In this document: positions 1 through 9,471 of the stretch, one piece after another | Layout of the letters: every line of letters starts with the position of its first letter | Position numbering within the stretch: position 1 is the stretch's first letter | Assembly: GCA_963723055.1 (NCBI GenBank) | Contig: CAVROV010000002.1 | Coordinates: 98,633 to 162,632 of the forward strand | Length of the DNA: 64,000 bases | Direction: 5' to 3' | DNA from: Terriglobia bacterium | GTDB taxonomy: Bacteria > Acidobacteriota > Terriglobia > Terriglobales > Acidobacteriaceae | Made by a program: the position numbers and the translations under genes | Notes under the pieces: generated by a model | The model's database searches: none | Told to the model about the DNA's origin: nothing | Seen by the model: the letters and a program-made list of their open reading frames with translations, nothing else

Positions 1-822
1 GTGGACGTGGCGCAAAAGACGCTGGCGAATCCCTCAGACTCGGATCGCGCGCTTACGGACGTTGGCGACCTGCTACTGGCCGAGGCCGATTGTTACGACC
101 GGATGGATAAGGTTGAAGAGGCGGTGGCGCTTTATGACAAGGCAGCCGCAACATATCCGCATCCCTTTATGGCGCGCTATCGGGCATGCAACGCACTGAC
201 CAACCGTGGCAAGACTGACGCCGCGATTGAGAAATGCAACCTGGCTATTGCCGATGATCCGACACAGTGGGGACCTTATCAAGTCCTTGGTGGACTTTTT
301 ATGGCGGCGAACAAGCCGAAAGATGCTCTTGAGGCTTACGAGAAAGGTGTGGCAACGGCGCAGAAAATGCTGGAACAGGAGCCAGATTCTGGACGTACGA
401 AGGTCGGCATGGGACAGATGCTGAATTCCGAGGGCCACCTGCTGGTGAAAGTTAAAAAATATGATGAAGCCATAGGCGTGTTTACGCAGGCGGCTGACTC
501 GGCTGCATATCCGGCGATGCCATACTTCAACCTGTGCGCCACATATTACAATCTGAAACGCAGCCAGGACGCGGTGGCTGCTTGCGACAGGGCTATCTCG
601 TCTGATCCAACGGTGTCTGACGCTTATTACATTAAAGCTTCAATACTGTTTGGGCAGGGCCAGTTGCAACGTGGAAAGTACGCGGTGCCGCCGGGCACCA
701 CGGAAGCACTCAATAAATACCTGGAATATGCCCCATTCGGAGAGCACGCGCGAACCGTGCGAGACATGATCAACCAGCTCAACAAGGATATGACGACTCC
801 TTACAAGCCGGCGAAAAAATAA
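1..822 (+). CDS. TPR-repeat protein, 5' end cut by window edge
   Basis: ORF open from base 1. Repeated helical A/Y/L-spaced segments typical of TPR (AVALYDKAAATYP, ALEAYEKGVATAQ, AYYIKASILFGQG). Confidence 0.6.
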   Translation: MDVAQKTLANPSDSDRALTDVGDLLLAEADCYDRMDKVEEAVALYDKAAATYPHPFMARYRACNALTNRGKTDAAIEKCNLAIADDPTQWGPYQVLGGLFMAANKPKDALEAYEKGVATAQKMLEQEPDSGRTKVGMGQMLNSEGHLLVKVKKYDEAIGVFTQAADSAAYPAMPYFNLCATYYNLKRSQDAVAACDRAISSDPTVSDAYYIKASILFGQGQLQRGKYAVPPGTTEALNKYLEYAPFGEHARTVRDMINQLNKDMTTPYKPAKK

Positions 823-974
823 GCTGAGCACCTCGAATTGAGGAGCTCGCAAAAAAATTAGAAATCGGCTGAATGCCACCTTCTGAATCTGCTTCTGTAA
901 ATTGCGCGCTGGCCACCCGACTGCGCAAGTTCGAATCCTAATCATGGTCACTTCAATGCACGGAGGTAAGTCCC

Positions 975-1412
975 ATGAAAGCAGCATTTCTCATCGGCCG
1001 TCTGGTCTTTGGCGGATTCTTTCTTTATAACGGCATCAATCATCTGAAAGAGCGGAAATCGCTGGCACAGTACGCAGAAGCGAAGAATGTGCCCATGGCT
1101 GAAGCGGCCGTCACAGCAACCGGTGTGGCATTGATTGCCGGGGGCGCGAGCATATTGCTGGGCGTCAAGCCTAAGCTGGGTACCGCCGCGATCGCAGCCT
1201 TTCTGGCAGGAGTTTCGCCTGTGATGCACAATTTCTGGAGCGTGGAAGACCCGAATCAGCGCATGAATGAAATGATCAATTTCAGCAAGAACATGGCGCT
1301 CCTTGGCAGCGCTTTGGCGCTCATGGGCGTGGATGAGCCATGGCCGGCGAGTGTTCCGATCAGCCAGGATGAGGTTGCGGCACGCGGCTATGAAGATCTG
1401 ATTGCCGCATAA
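975..1412 (+). CDS. DoxX family membrane protein
   Basis: 145 aa and hydrophobic throughout. N-terminus FLIGRLVFGGFFLYNGINHL and overall size are typical of the DoxX family. Confidence 0.75.
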   Translation: MKAAFLIGRLVFGGFFLYNGINHLKERKSLAQYAEAKNVPMAEAAVTATGVALIAGGASILLGVKPKLGTAAIAAFLAGVSPVMHNFWSVEDPNQRMNEMINFSKNMALLGSALALMGVDEPWPASVPISQDEVAARGYEDLIAA

Positions 1413-1432
1413 CCTGATTTTCGGGGGACGAA

Positions 1433-2500
1433 ATGCACCGTAGGGAGTTTCTCAGAGGCGTGGCCCTGACGGGAATTGCCGCCAGGGGAGCGCGAGGCCT
1501 GGCCAGCAGCCTTGGCGGAATGCAATCGAGTGCAGGCGACAGAAAAGAAGGAGGCTCGATGATCTATCGCACACTGGGGCGGACAGGTGAGCGGGTTTCC
1601 GCCATTGGCATGGGCGGGTTCCACATCGGCCAGCCCAAGCTTACCGACGATGACAGTATCAAGCTGATTCGCGCCGCCATCGATGGCGGAATTAACTTCA
1701 TGGACAATTCCTGGGACTACAACAAGGGCCAGAGCGAAGTCCGCATGGGGAATGCGCTGAAAGACGGGTATCGGCAGAAAGTTTTTCTGATGACGAAGCT
1801 CGATGGCCGCACCAAAGAGGAAGCGACCAAGCAGATCAATGAGTCATTGCAGCGCTTGCAGACCGACCATCTTGACCTGATCCAGCATCATGAGATCATT
1901 CGCTTTGACGATCCGGACCGCATCTTCGCCGAGAATGGCGCGCATGAAGCCGTGCTGGAAGCGAAGAAGGCTGGTAAGGTCCGCTACATCGGGTTTACCG
2001 GACACAAAGATCCGCATATCCATCTATACATGCTTGAGGTCGCGGCCAGGCACAATTTTCATTTTGATACAGTGCAAATGCCGTTGAACGTAATGGACGC
2101 TCACTTCCGCAGCTTCGGTAAACTGGTGCTGCCAAAACTGGTGGAACAACAGATTGGCGTGCTGGGAATGAAATCGATGGGCGACCACATCATTCTCAAG
2201 AGCGGCGTGGTTAAGCCTATGGAATGCCTGCACTATGCCATGAACCTGCCGACCTCGGTGGTAATTACGGGAATCGACAGCCAGGAAATATTGCAGCAAG
2301 CGTTTGAAGCAGCGAAAACTTTTAAGCCCCTGAGCAAAGAAGAAGTAGCATCTCTGCTGGCGAAGACAGAAAAGGTGGCGGCACAGGGCGAGTTCGAACT
2401 GTTTAAGACATCAGCCCACTTTGATTCCACGGCACACCATCCGGAATGGCTGGGCGGACAATCACCGCACGTGGATAAGCTTGCCGGACCGCCGGGCTAA
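1433..2500 (+). CDS. aldo/keto reductase with twin-arginine (Tat) signal peptide
   Basis: Leader MHRREFLRGVALTGIAA (RR-x-F-L). AKR blocks GMGGFHIG, INFMDNSWDYNKGQSE, LDLIQHHE, IGFTGH. Confidence 0.85.
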   Translation: MHRREFLRGVALTGIAARGARGLASSLGGMQSSAGDRKEGGSMIYRTLGRTGERVSAIGMGGFHIGQPKLTDDDSIKLIRAAIDGGINFMDNSWDYNKGQSEVRMGNALKDGYRQKVFLMTKLDGRTKEEATKQINESLQRLQTDHLDLIQHHEIIRFDDPDRIFAENGAHEAVLEAKKAGKVRYIGFTGHKDPHIHLYMLEVAARHNFHFDTVQMPLNVMDAHFRSFGKLVLPKLVEQQIGVLGMKSMGDHIILKSGVVKPMECLHYAMNLPTSVVITGIDSQEILQQAFEAAKTFKPLSKEEVASLLAKTEKVAAQGEFELFKTSAHFDSTAHHPEWLGGQSPHVDKLAGPPG

Positions 2501-2640
2501 AGCGGGCTTGACCTCAGCGGCTAAAGCCGGGCCATTTGCAGTCTGTTAACGCAGGCATAAATGCCTGCTCCACCCTGTAGATGGATGAAGTATTTTGGAA
2601 ATTGCTTTAAACCATGTGATTTGACCCCGCGGCTAAAGCG
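2494..2640. repeat. intergenic repeat cluster (ggctaaagc x3 plus perfect palindrome)
   Basis: ggctaaagc occurs at 2494, 2518 and 2631. Perfect 8+8 palindrome gcaggcat-aa-atgcctgc at 2551-2568. No ORF support. Confidence 0.4.
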
Positions 2641-2806
2641 GTTTTAGATAACGTGCACTTTGAAAGACAAGCACAAGGTCCCTCCGTCCTACTCGCGCGC
2701 TGGTGAAAACGCGCTCGCTTAACGGACGTCGGGATGACGAGTTATAAAAAGTTAAGGATGCATTTTCCGAGATGGCATTCAGTAAACCGCAAAATCATGC
2801 AAAGCT

Positions 2807-3787
2807 TTATGGCTCCGCATTGATGGGGACAAACTCCGTCCGCACGTCACCATTGGGGCTAATGGTGTGCATGGCAAAGCCGAGCGGGCTGCTCCATGGA
2901 AGAAGCCGGCTGGTGCTGGGAGCGACGTGCCACGTAATGCCATCGCGTTCGAAAACATTTCCAACATGCCAATGACCGACCAGCATATGCCTCACTCCGA
3001 TCCGGTGCAGCAGATTTAGTTCGCGTGAGCGATACGGCTCGCTTACAACCCAATAAGGCTTACTATCGGGAAGGACATCTGAGCGCTCCGCCGGGATGTG
3101 CTGAATACCGATGACAATATTTCCGCCACCATCATTGCCATTGCTATTGCGGCGATCCTCTGCGTTGGATTGATTCTGCTGGCGCTGGTCATTGTGATTT
3201 GATCCGCGATTCCACCAATGGCGACGATTGCTGCGATCATCCACATTGCCGCCGGATCCCTGACGCGAGAGCCACGAAAGCATTTTTTGCGATTCGGCTT
3301 CGGTTTGCGGCGGCATCGGCGGGGGCGACTGGGCATCAAACTGATCGAAGTTACCCAGCAACTGGGAATCGATTACCAGGAACGTAACGCCCTTGACCTG
3401 AAAGCGATAGTAGTCGGGCCCAAAGACCTCACGGTATTTCTCCACGTCGGTGCTGTGGACATCGTGATTTCCCGGCGCGTAGTAGACAGGTGCATGCAGC
3501 CACTTTAAGATGCCGCGGGCGCGCAACCACTCGTCATAGTTCTCGCCGATATCGCCACTGACGATCACAGCATCGGGGTGGCGCGCATTTACCATGTCCA
3601 CCGCACGGCGCAAGTTATCAAACGCGTGCGGGGAATGGGCTTCGCCCAAATGCGTGTCACTGATCTGAGCGATGGTAACTTGAGCGCGGCCTGCCGTCGG
3701 CAAACTTAGCACCAAAGCGCTCACGGCGCATGCAAGCAACAAATATTGAAATAGCGCGGCATAACGGCGCGCTAAAGGCCTGTTCAT
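2807..3787 (-). CDS. calcineurin-like metallophosphoesterase, secreted, with a low-complexity insertion
   Basis: Motifs ISDTHLGE, VSGDIGENYDEW, GNHD, GHWH. Signal-like N-terminus from the ATG at 3787 (MNRPLARRYAALFQYLLLACAVSALVLS). The ORF track starts 12 codons further upstream. Confidence 0.75.
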   Translation of the reverse strand: MNRPLARRYAALFQYLLLACAVSALVLSLPTAGRAQVTIAQISDTHLGEAHSPHAFDNLRRAVDMVNARHPDAVIVSGDIGENYDEWLRARGILKWLHAPVYYAPGNHDVHSTDVEKYREVFGPDYYRFQVKGVTFLVIDSQLLGNFDQFDAQSPPPMPPQTEAESQKMLSWLSRQGSGGNVDDRSNRRHWWNRGSNHNDQRQQNQSNAEDRRNSNGNDGGGNIVIGIQHIPAERSDVLPDSKPYWVVSEPYRSRELNLLHRIGVRHMLVGHWHVGNVFERDGITWHVAPSTSRLLPWSSPLGFAMHTISPNGDVRTEFVPINAEP

Positions 3788-3913
3788 ATTTTCAGCTCTC
3801 ATGAGTATGAAATAAGAACCCATTTCCGGCTCTGGAGTTGTCAGGCCAGTGGTTGATAGGTAACCTGTTCATGGCGCGATGGAACTTTCAGCGCGAGAAA
3901 GCATCGAATCTTT

Positions 3914-4455
3914 ATGCAAAATTTACAAACTGTGGTGTTGGGTGGCGGGTGCTTCTGGTGCCTTGAAGCGGTGTTCGATCGCATGCAGGGAGTCACGTCC
4001 GTTGAATCAGGCTATATGGGTGGCCACGTGGACAAACCGACGTACCGGCAAGTCTGCAATGGCGATACCGGGCACGTGGAGGTTGTGCGCGTGACGTTCG
4101 ATCCCGCCGTTGTAACCTACCGCGAAATTCTGGACGTGTTTTTCTCCATTCACGATCCCACCACGCTCAACCGCCAGGGCAATGACAGCGGCACACAGTA
4201 TCGCTCGGCTATTTTTTACTCGTCCCGGAAGAGCAGTATCGCGAGTCAAAGAAAGTGATTGACGAACTGAATGCGGCGAAAACATGGCCGAATCCTATCG
4301 TCACGTCACTGGAGCCGGCGGCAAAATTCTTTGTGGCTGAAGATTATCACCAGGAATATTTCACGAATAACGGCAACCAGCCATACTGCCAGTTCGTCGT
4401 GGCGCCGAAAGTCAAAAAGTTCGAGCAGAAATTTGCGGAAAAAGTTAAAGCCTGA
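3914..4455 (+). CDS. msrA: peptide-methionine (S)-S-oxide reductase MsrA, interrupted by an apparent 1-nt frameshift near 4223-4226
   Basis: [12 protein letters not shown] active-site block and [14 protein letters not shown] lie in frame 2. [19 protein letters not shown]...AEDYHQEYF continues in frame 1. The two ORFs 3914-4258 and 4255-4455 join into one full-length MsrA. Confidence 0.8.
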
Positions 4456-4581
4456 CCGCAACATTTCAGCTAATCCGGTGTTGCGCTAAGTGATTTGTTT
4501 TTATAGCTATGGCAGCCCTCCTTCGCCCAAGTAGCGGCATCTGAAGAACGGTAGAAGGCAAAACTGACGCGAGGAGAACCT

Positions 4582-4971
4582 ATGAAACGCTTCATTACAT
4601 TGTTGTTTGCACTAGTGATCACAGCTTCACTGAGCCTGGCAGCGCAGGAACCTGCGGCCAGTCCAGCAGCCGGCGACAAGAAAGTAGCCAAGGCCGAGAA
4701 AAAAGAAGCCAAGGCCGCTGAAAAGGGCAAGTCCGTAAGCCTGACCGGCTGGGTCAAGGACCAGGACGGAAAAACCATGTTTATCAACGACAAAGATAAA
4801 CAGGCCTGGAACATTTCCAACATGGATGCCGTGAAGGGCCATGAAGGTCATCACGTAAAGATCAAAGCCAAGCTGAATGAAGGCGATCACTCTGTGAACA
4901 TTGAGAAACTCTCAATGCTGCGCAAGGGCAAACAGACTGCAGAAGAGAAACAAGCGGAAGAAAAGAAGTAG
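4582..4971 (+). CDS. secreted lysine-rich hypothetical protein
   Basis: Signal peptide MKRFITLLFALVITASLSLAAQE. GGAG-type site (gaggag) upstream of the ATG. No family recognised. Confidence 0.5.
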   Translation: MKRFITLLFALVITASLSLAAQEPAASPAAGDKKVAKAEKKEAKAAEKGKSVSLTGWVKDQDGKTMFINDKDKQAWNISNMDAVKGHEGHHVKIKAKLNEGDHSVNIEKLSMLRKGKQTAEEKQAEEKK

Positions 4972-5040
4972 CAGCACGGAACGATAACGAGGGGCGGAGC
5001 ATCCAAGCTTCGCCCTTTCATTATGGGGTATGCTTAAACG

Positions 5041-5655
5041 GTGCGTACTTCCCTGCCTGCGGCCGACCAAAAGCTTGTCCAGATCGTGGAGGCCGCGCTG
5101 GCCGAAGCTGCGCACAAAAGCGGCGAATGGCTGGTGTGCCGCAAGGGATGCACGCAGTGCTGCTATGGTCCATTTGCCATCAGCCAGCTGGATGCGGTGC
5201 GACTGCAAAAGGGCCTGGATGATCTTAAGTCGAGCGATCCGAAGCGTGCAGCGCGAGTCCGGCAACGTGCGCAGCAGGCGGTAAAGCAACTCTCACCCAC
5301 TTTTCCTGGAAATCCAAAGACCGGCACTCTGGCCGAAGACGAAGAAGCTGAAGCGGCGTTCGCGGCTTTTGCCAACGCCGAGCCTTGTCCCGCGCTTGAC
5401 CCGGCCACTGGAGCATGTGATTTATACAACGCGCGACCAATGACGTGCCGCACGTTTGGTCCGCCCGTGCGCTCCGGCCCGCAAGAGGCGCTGGCCGTGT
5501 GCGAGTTGTGCTATCACGGCGCAACAGATCAGCAGATTGCCGATTGCGAGATGGCGCCCGATCCCGACAATCTGGAAGAAAGGCTGATTGCCCAAACGGA
5601 AAGACGGACCGGAAAACGAGGGAACACTATTGTGGCGTTTTGCCTGGCAAAGTAG
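5041..5655 (+). CDS. YkgJ-family cysteine-cluster (zinc/iron-chelating) protein
   Basis: CRKGCTQCC motif followed by CPALD...GACDLYNARPMTCRTF, the pattern of the YkgJ/UPF0153 family. GTG start. Confidence 0.7.
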   Translation: MRTSLPAADQKLVQIVEAALAEAAHKSGEWLVCRKGCTQCCYGPFAISQLDAVRLQKGLDDLKSSDPKRAARVRQRAQQAVKQLSPTFPGNPKTGTLAEDEEAEAAFAAFANAEPCPALDPATGACDLYNARPMTCRTFGPPVRSGPQEALAVCELCYHGATDQQIADCEMAPDPDNLEERLIAQTERRTGKRGNTIVAFCLAK

Positions 5656-5690
5656 AAGTTCATTTCACGTGTGACGTTTCAGCGTGGAAG

Positions 5691-5978
5691 TTACGCAGCC
5701 AATTTTTCTTTGAGTGATCCCAGCACCAGGGCAAGTTCCTGAAGGATATCCTCCGGCAGGCCCAACTTGGCGGCGCGCATTGCGCTTACAGGATCTTTGG
5801 CAAACGACTCCGCATTCTCAGCAGAGCTGCCGAGCCAGACTTTCAACTGATCTTCACATCGCGCCAATTCGAGCAGTAGCGGATCGGCACCGCGTGGATT
5901 CGTCACGCAATGTACCTCTGTTGAGCGAGAATAGAGCTGACCTAATATTTGAAGACATTGCGCAAGAAAAAATTTCAT
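5691..5978 (-). CDS. hypothetical small protein
   Basis: 95-aa ORF only. No motif recognised and coding status uncertain. Confidence 0.3.
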   Translation of the reverse strand: MKFFLAQCLQILGQLYSRSTEVHCVTNPRGADPLLLELARCEDQLKVWLGSSAENAESFAKDPVSAMRAAKLGLPEDILQELALVLGSLKEKLAA

Positions 5979-6073
5979 TTATAGGAATGTTTTGGATTAA
6001 AGCAATCTCATATGAGGAACAGCCCGCATATTTTCAGCAGTTTGCAGAAACTTTCTGATCCTTCACTAAAGGC

Positions 6074-6817
6074 TTATGCGCCGGCAGAAACCGGCATGTC
6101 TGAGATGACTCCTTCGGGAATGTGGTAACGCTGGGTTCGCGGAAGCCTGCCCAGCAGTCCCAAAGTGAAGAAAGCCCCGGCAACAATCAAAAAAGTTGCC
6201 AGGCGAATGTTACCCAGGCTGGTGGTGGAAAGATCAAAATATTTTCCCAGCCGCCACATAGCCCAGCCGGCGAGCTGCGTAGGAACGACGGTCCAGACGG
6301 CGACGTAGAACCAGCCTTTCTCCGCGCCTTCATCGCGGGTGGAACGGGCCGCACGGGGCGTGAAATCCATGATGGTCGCAAGTACCACGGCCGCGGCGAG
6401 CGGGTAATAGAGCTCCATGAACAGGTCATTGATGATCCAGCGGCCAAAGAAAAAGTTGATGACCAGACCGATCAGGTTGATGGCAAATGGAACCAGCAGG
6501 TCAATCCAGGCCGCGGTATAGCACACCACCCGATACCATAGATTCGGCTTGGGCTCACCATAATGAGTGATGTAAGGGCGGGGCTCGCCACCGGGAAGAC
6601 GTCCGGCGAAACCGCGCCAGATGCAGACCGTGGTGACTATCGCCAACCAGATCCAGTGACGACGGTCAGGACCGTGAGCGTAAAGGGCTGCCGTGAGATG
6701 GCCAGGGAGAATCCAAAACACCCATATCCAGATGGGGACGTGGAGCACGCGGTAATAGTTTTTGTTCTTCTCACGTTCAACGACTTTTTTCATGAATGGT
6801 TGAGGTTCCGATTGCAT
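6074..6817 (-). CDS. hypothetical integral membrane protein
   Basis: 247 aa with about 6 hydrophobic helices rich in W/F. The antisense ORFs look like artefacts. Confidence 0.5.
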   Translation of the reverse strand: MQSEPQPFMKKVVEREKNKNYYRVLHVPIWIWVFWILPGHLTAALYAHGPDRRHWIWLAIVTTVCIWRGFAGRLPGGEPRPYITHYGEPKPNLWYRVVCYTAAWIDLLVPFAINLIGLVINFFFGRWIINDLFMELYYPLAAAVVLATIMDFTPRAARSTRDEGAEKGWFYVAVWTVVPTQLAGWAMWRLGKYFDLSTTSLGNIRLATFLIVAGAFFTLGLLGRLPRTQRYHIPEGVISDMPVSAGA

Positions 6818-6853
6818 TTTAATCGGCGAAGCACTTAATGGGAAGCGTGGACG

Positions 6854-7080
6854 CTATGTTGTTTTCATCTCAGCCACCATCCGGCGAAATGCTTCAACAA
6901 TTAACTCCGGCTGGTCAAGATGGATCCAGTGCGCGCTTTTTTCAGCCATGAGATGTTTACCCCGCAACGAATGGGCCGCGATAGCCTGATGCTCTACCAA
7001 CCGCGCGTGCGGCTGATGCGCGCCGGAAATCACCGTAACGGGGATGTGTGAAGGAATCTGGCAGCTTGAGACCTCGCGGC
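6854..7080 (-). pseudogene. C-terminal remnant of an alpha/beta hydrolase
   Basis: Minus-strand frame reads ...IPVTVISGAHQPHARLVEHQAIAAHSLRGKHLMAEKSAHWIHLDQPELIVEAFRRMVAEMKTT-stop. This is the catalytic-His / C-terminal block of alpha/beta hydrolases. There is no nucleophile-elbow region and no plausible start. It is absent from the ORF track because it is under 60 codons from any start. Confidence 0.5.
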
Positions 7081-7152
7081 AGTTGCCGGCAGCGTTTGAA
7101 GAAAAGGCCGCAACGCGATGTTTGCGGCCTTTCCTGACAAAGCAGCCAATAC

Positions 7153-9471
7153 TTACTGTGGCGGTGCCTGCTTAGTGATGTCGTCCAGACCGGTGGTTGG
7201 CTGGGCGGGCAGTGTGGGCGGCGTGAGGAATGCCGGCGGATTGATGAAGTCAAAGAACTCGGTCATATCGTCAGCCGCAGCGTCGCGCGCCGTCAGCGGA
7301 GCCAGATTGAAGCGAGTTTCAATCAACTTCAAGATCGACGTGAGTTCGCGGTTGGTGTGAGAGACAAAGTGCGGTTTCACAAAAGGCGAAACCACCATGA
7401 GAGGCACACGAAAGCCGCTCAGCGTGAAATCACCGGGCAGATCGCCGGGTCCAAGCTGTGGCGGAGTGGCGTCTGGGGCAACGACGGTGAATGGTGGAAC
7501 GTGATCATAGAGCCCGCCGCCTTCGTCGTAAGCCAGGATGAAGACAGAGTCATTCCATGCTGAACTGTTCATCAGGGCATCGATAATGGTTTTAACGTAG
7601 GCCGCGCCGAATTGAATGTTGGCGTCAGGGTGTTCGTCGAGTCCGCTGCCGCCAAATCCGGCGTCAATCCACACCACCGAGGGAAGGTCCTGGTCAGCGG
7701 TGGGGCGAGCAAGGATATCAAAGTAGTTTTGGATTGGAGCAGTCTTCTCCCGAATCGGAATATTGTCCCAATCTGTAAAGCCGGCCAGGAAGATTCCGTC
7801 TTTATCGTAGTAAGACCAGCGCACATTGGCATTTTGCAGGCTGGAGAAGATGGTAGGACAGGTCCACTTCGGCGCTCCGGTGGGTGAAGGAAATATCCTT
7901 CCCTGACTTGTGGCACAAAACATGAACTGCCGATTGGTCACAGTATTCGCCAGCATGGAAGAGTGGAAAGCATCGCTGGTGGCGAACTGTGTTGCCAGTT
8001 CGTAGTAATAAGGGATGTCCGACTGATCATATTGCCCGAGAGCGCGCAGACCTTTGGGATCGGTGTCAGACGAGACGGAATGACTGGTCAGGGCGAATCG
8101 GTCCATCTTGAAAGTGCCATCGGTCTGCTGGTCAATATCAAAATGACTTTCATTCCACGCCGGCGATAGGTTGTCTGTGCGGACTGTGGGCTCGTGGAAG
8201 AGATGCCCAGTGCCACCGCCAAAAAGCGGCAGAATCACGTTGGGATCATAGCCGGCGTTGATCTGGTAATTCGGATCGACTTTGGCCCGTGCATAAGCGC
8301 CAAGCGAGCTGAAATAGCTATCGAACGAACGGTTCTCCTGCAACATCACGATGATGTGCTTGATGCCCTGCAGACCACCGTTGGTTACCACATTGACCGT
8401 GGCCGAGCCGGTAGCGACGTTGCCCTGCGCGTCCGTGGCCGTGATGGTGTAAGTAGTGTTTTGCGTGGGAGACACTGCGACGTTCCCAGCCGCGCCTGTG
8501 ATCGGAGGAACGCCCTGGTCAATGCTGACCGACACAGCGCCTTGCGATGCCCACGTCAGAGTCGACGAGCTGCCGGGAGCGATATTCGCAGGCGTGGCTT
8601 TCAACGTCACGGCCAGCGGCGCGTTCACCGTTGCCGTGGCTGTGGCCGTTGCGGCGCCGTTGGTGGCAGTGATCGTATAGATAGTCGTCGCTGCGGGTGA
8701 GACGCTCAGGCTTCCGCTGGGGCCATTCACCACGCCGACTCCCTGATCGATACTCAGCGAAGTTGCATTGGCGCTGGTCCAGCCCAAGCTGGCGGTCTGT
8801 CCGGGGCCAATCCTGTTTGGAGTGGCAACCAGGGTTACGCCAAGAATATTTATGGTCGCGGAAGCCGAGGCGGTTACGCCGGAAGCTCCTGTGGCCGTTG
8901 CCGTGTAGGTGGTCGTCGCAGCCGGAACAATCGCCGTGGATCCGGAAAGCGCGACGGAAGTCACATCATCGCCCAGAACTGACGGCTTAATTACAACCGA
9001 GGTCGAGTTTGTGCTGGCCCACGTCAAAGTAGTGTTCTGTCCGGCAGCCACAACGGCGGGAGAAACGCTCAACGTCATGGTGGGCGCAGAACCTATGGGA
9101 ATGACAACTACGGTGATGGAATTCGTAGCTGTCTTTCCGTTCGCGTCCGTTGCCGTGCCGACGTAAGTAGTGGTCTGCGTCGGCGTCACGCTCGCTGATC
9201 CTGACAATGGCAGCGTGCCGGAAGCCACGGCAGGCGCAATGGAAAATGACGCGCCGTTCGTGACCTGCCAGGTGATGGTGGTGCTTTGGCCTTGAATAAT
9301 GTTGGCTTGACCGACGGCAAAAGCAATCACTGCCTGCGACGGCCCGTTGTTGCCGGGAGGTGGTGGCGTAACAGCTCCACCGCCGCAGCCGCTAAGAAAA
9401 GTAAGAAGCAAAACGAAGGAAATCTTCAGGACAACTTGCAGTACAGCAGACGAAGTTTTTGGCCGAACCAT
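7153..9471 (-). CDS. phosphoesterase-family (phospholipase C / acid phosphatase) lipoprotein with four N-terminal Ig-like repeats
   Basis: Lipobox LLTFLSGC. Four tandem modules of about 80-87 aa (L-T-W-x-S...YT-x-TAT). C-terminal IKHIIVMLQENRSFDSYF and DEHPD blocks of the PlcN/AcpA phosphoesterase family. Confidence 0.85.
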   Translation of the reverse strand: MVRPKTSSAVLQVVLKISFVLLLTFLSGCGGGAVTPPPPGNNGPSQAVIAFAVGQANIIQGQSTTITWQVTNGASFSIAPAVASGTLPLSGSASVTPTQTTTYVGTATDANGKTATNSITVVVIPIGSAPTMTLSVSPAVVAAGQNTTLTWASTNSTSVVIKPSVLGDDVTSVALSGSTAIVPAATTTYTATATGASGVTASASATINILGVTLVATPNRIGPGQTASLGWTSANATSLSIDQGVGVVNGPSGSLSVSPAATTIYTITATNGAATATATATVNAPLAVTLKATPANIAPGSSSTLTWASQGAVSVSIDQGVPPITGAAGNVAVSPTQNTTYTITATDAQGNVATGSATVNVVTNGGLQGIKHIIVMLQENRSFDSYFSSLGAYARAKVDPNYQINAGYDPNVILPLFGGGTGHLFHEPTVRTDNLSPAWNESHFDIDQQTDGTFKMDRFALTSHSVSSDTDPKGLRALGQYDQSDIPYYYELATQFATSDAFHSSMLANTVTNRQFMFCATSQGRIFPSPTGAPKWTCPTIFSSLQNANVRWSYYDKDGIFLAGFTDWDNIPIREKTAPIQNYFDILARPTADQDLPSVVWIDAGFGGSGLDEHPDANIQFGAAYVKTIIDALMNSSAWNDSVFILAYDEGGGLYDHVPPFTVVAPDATPPQLGPGDLPGDFTLSGFRVPLMVVSPFVKPHFVSHTNRELTSILKLIETRFNLAPLTARDAAADDMTEFFDFINPPAFLTPPTLPAQPTTGLDDITKQAPPQ

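Noticed and set aside
5691-5978. Possible Nif11/NHLP-type RiPP leader peptide (..SFAKDPVSAMRAAKLGLPEDILQEL..)
   Set aside because: The resemblance is only loose. There is no Gly-Gly cleavage motif or Cys-rich core, and no maturase, cyclodehydratase or ABC-peptidase gene nearby.
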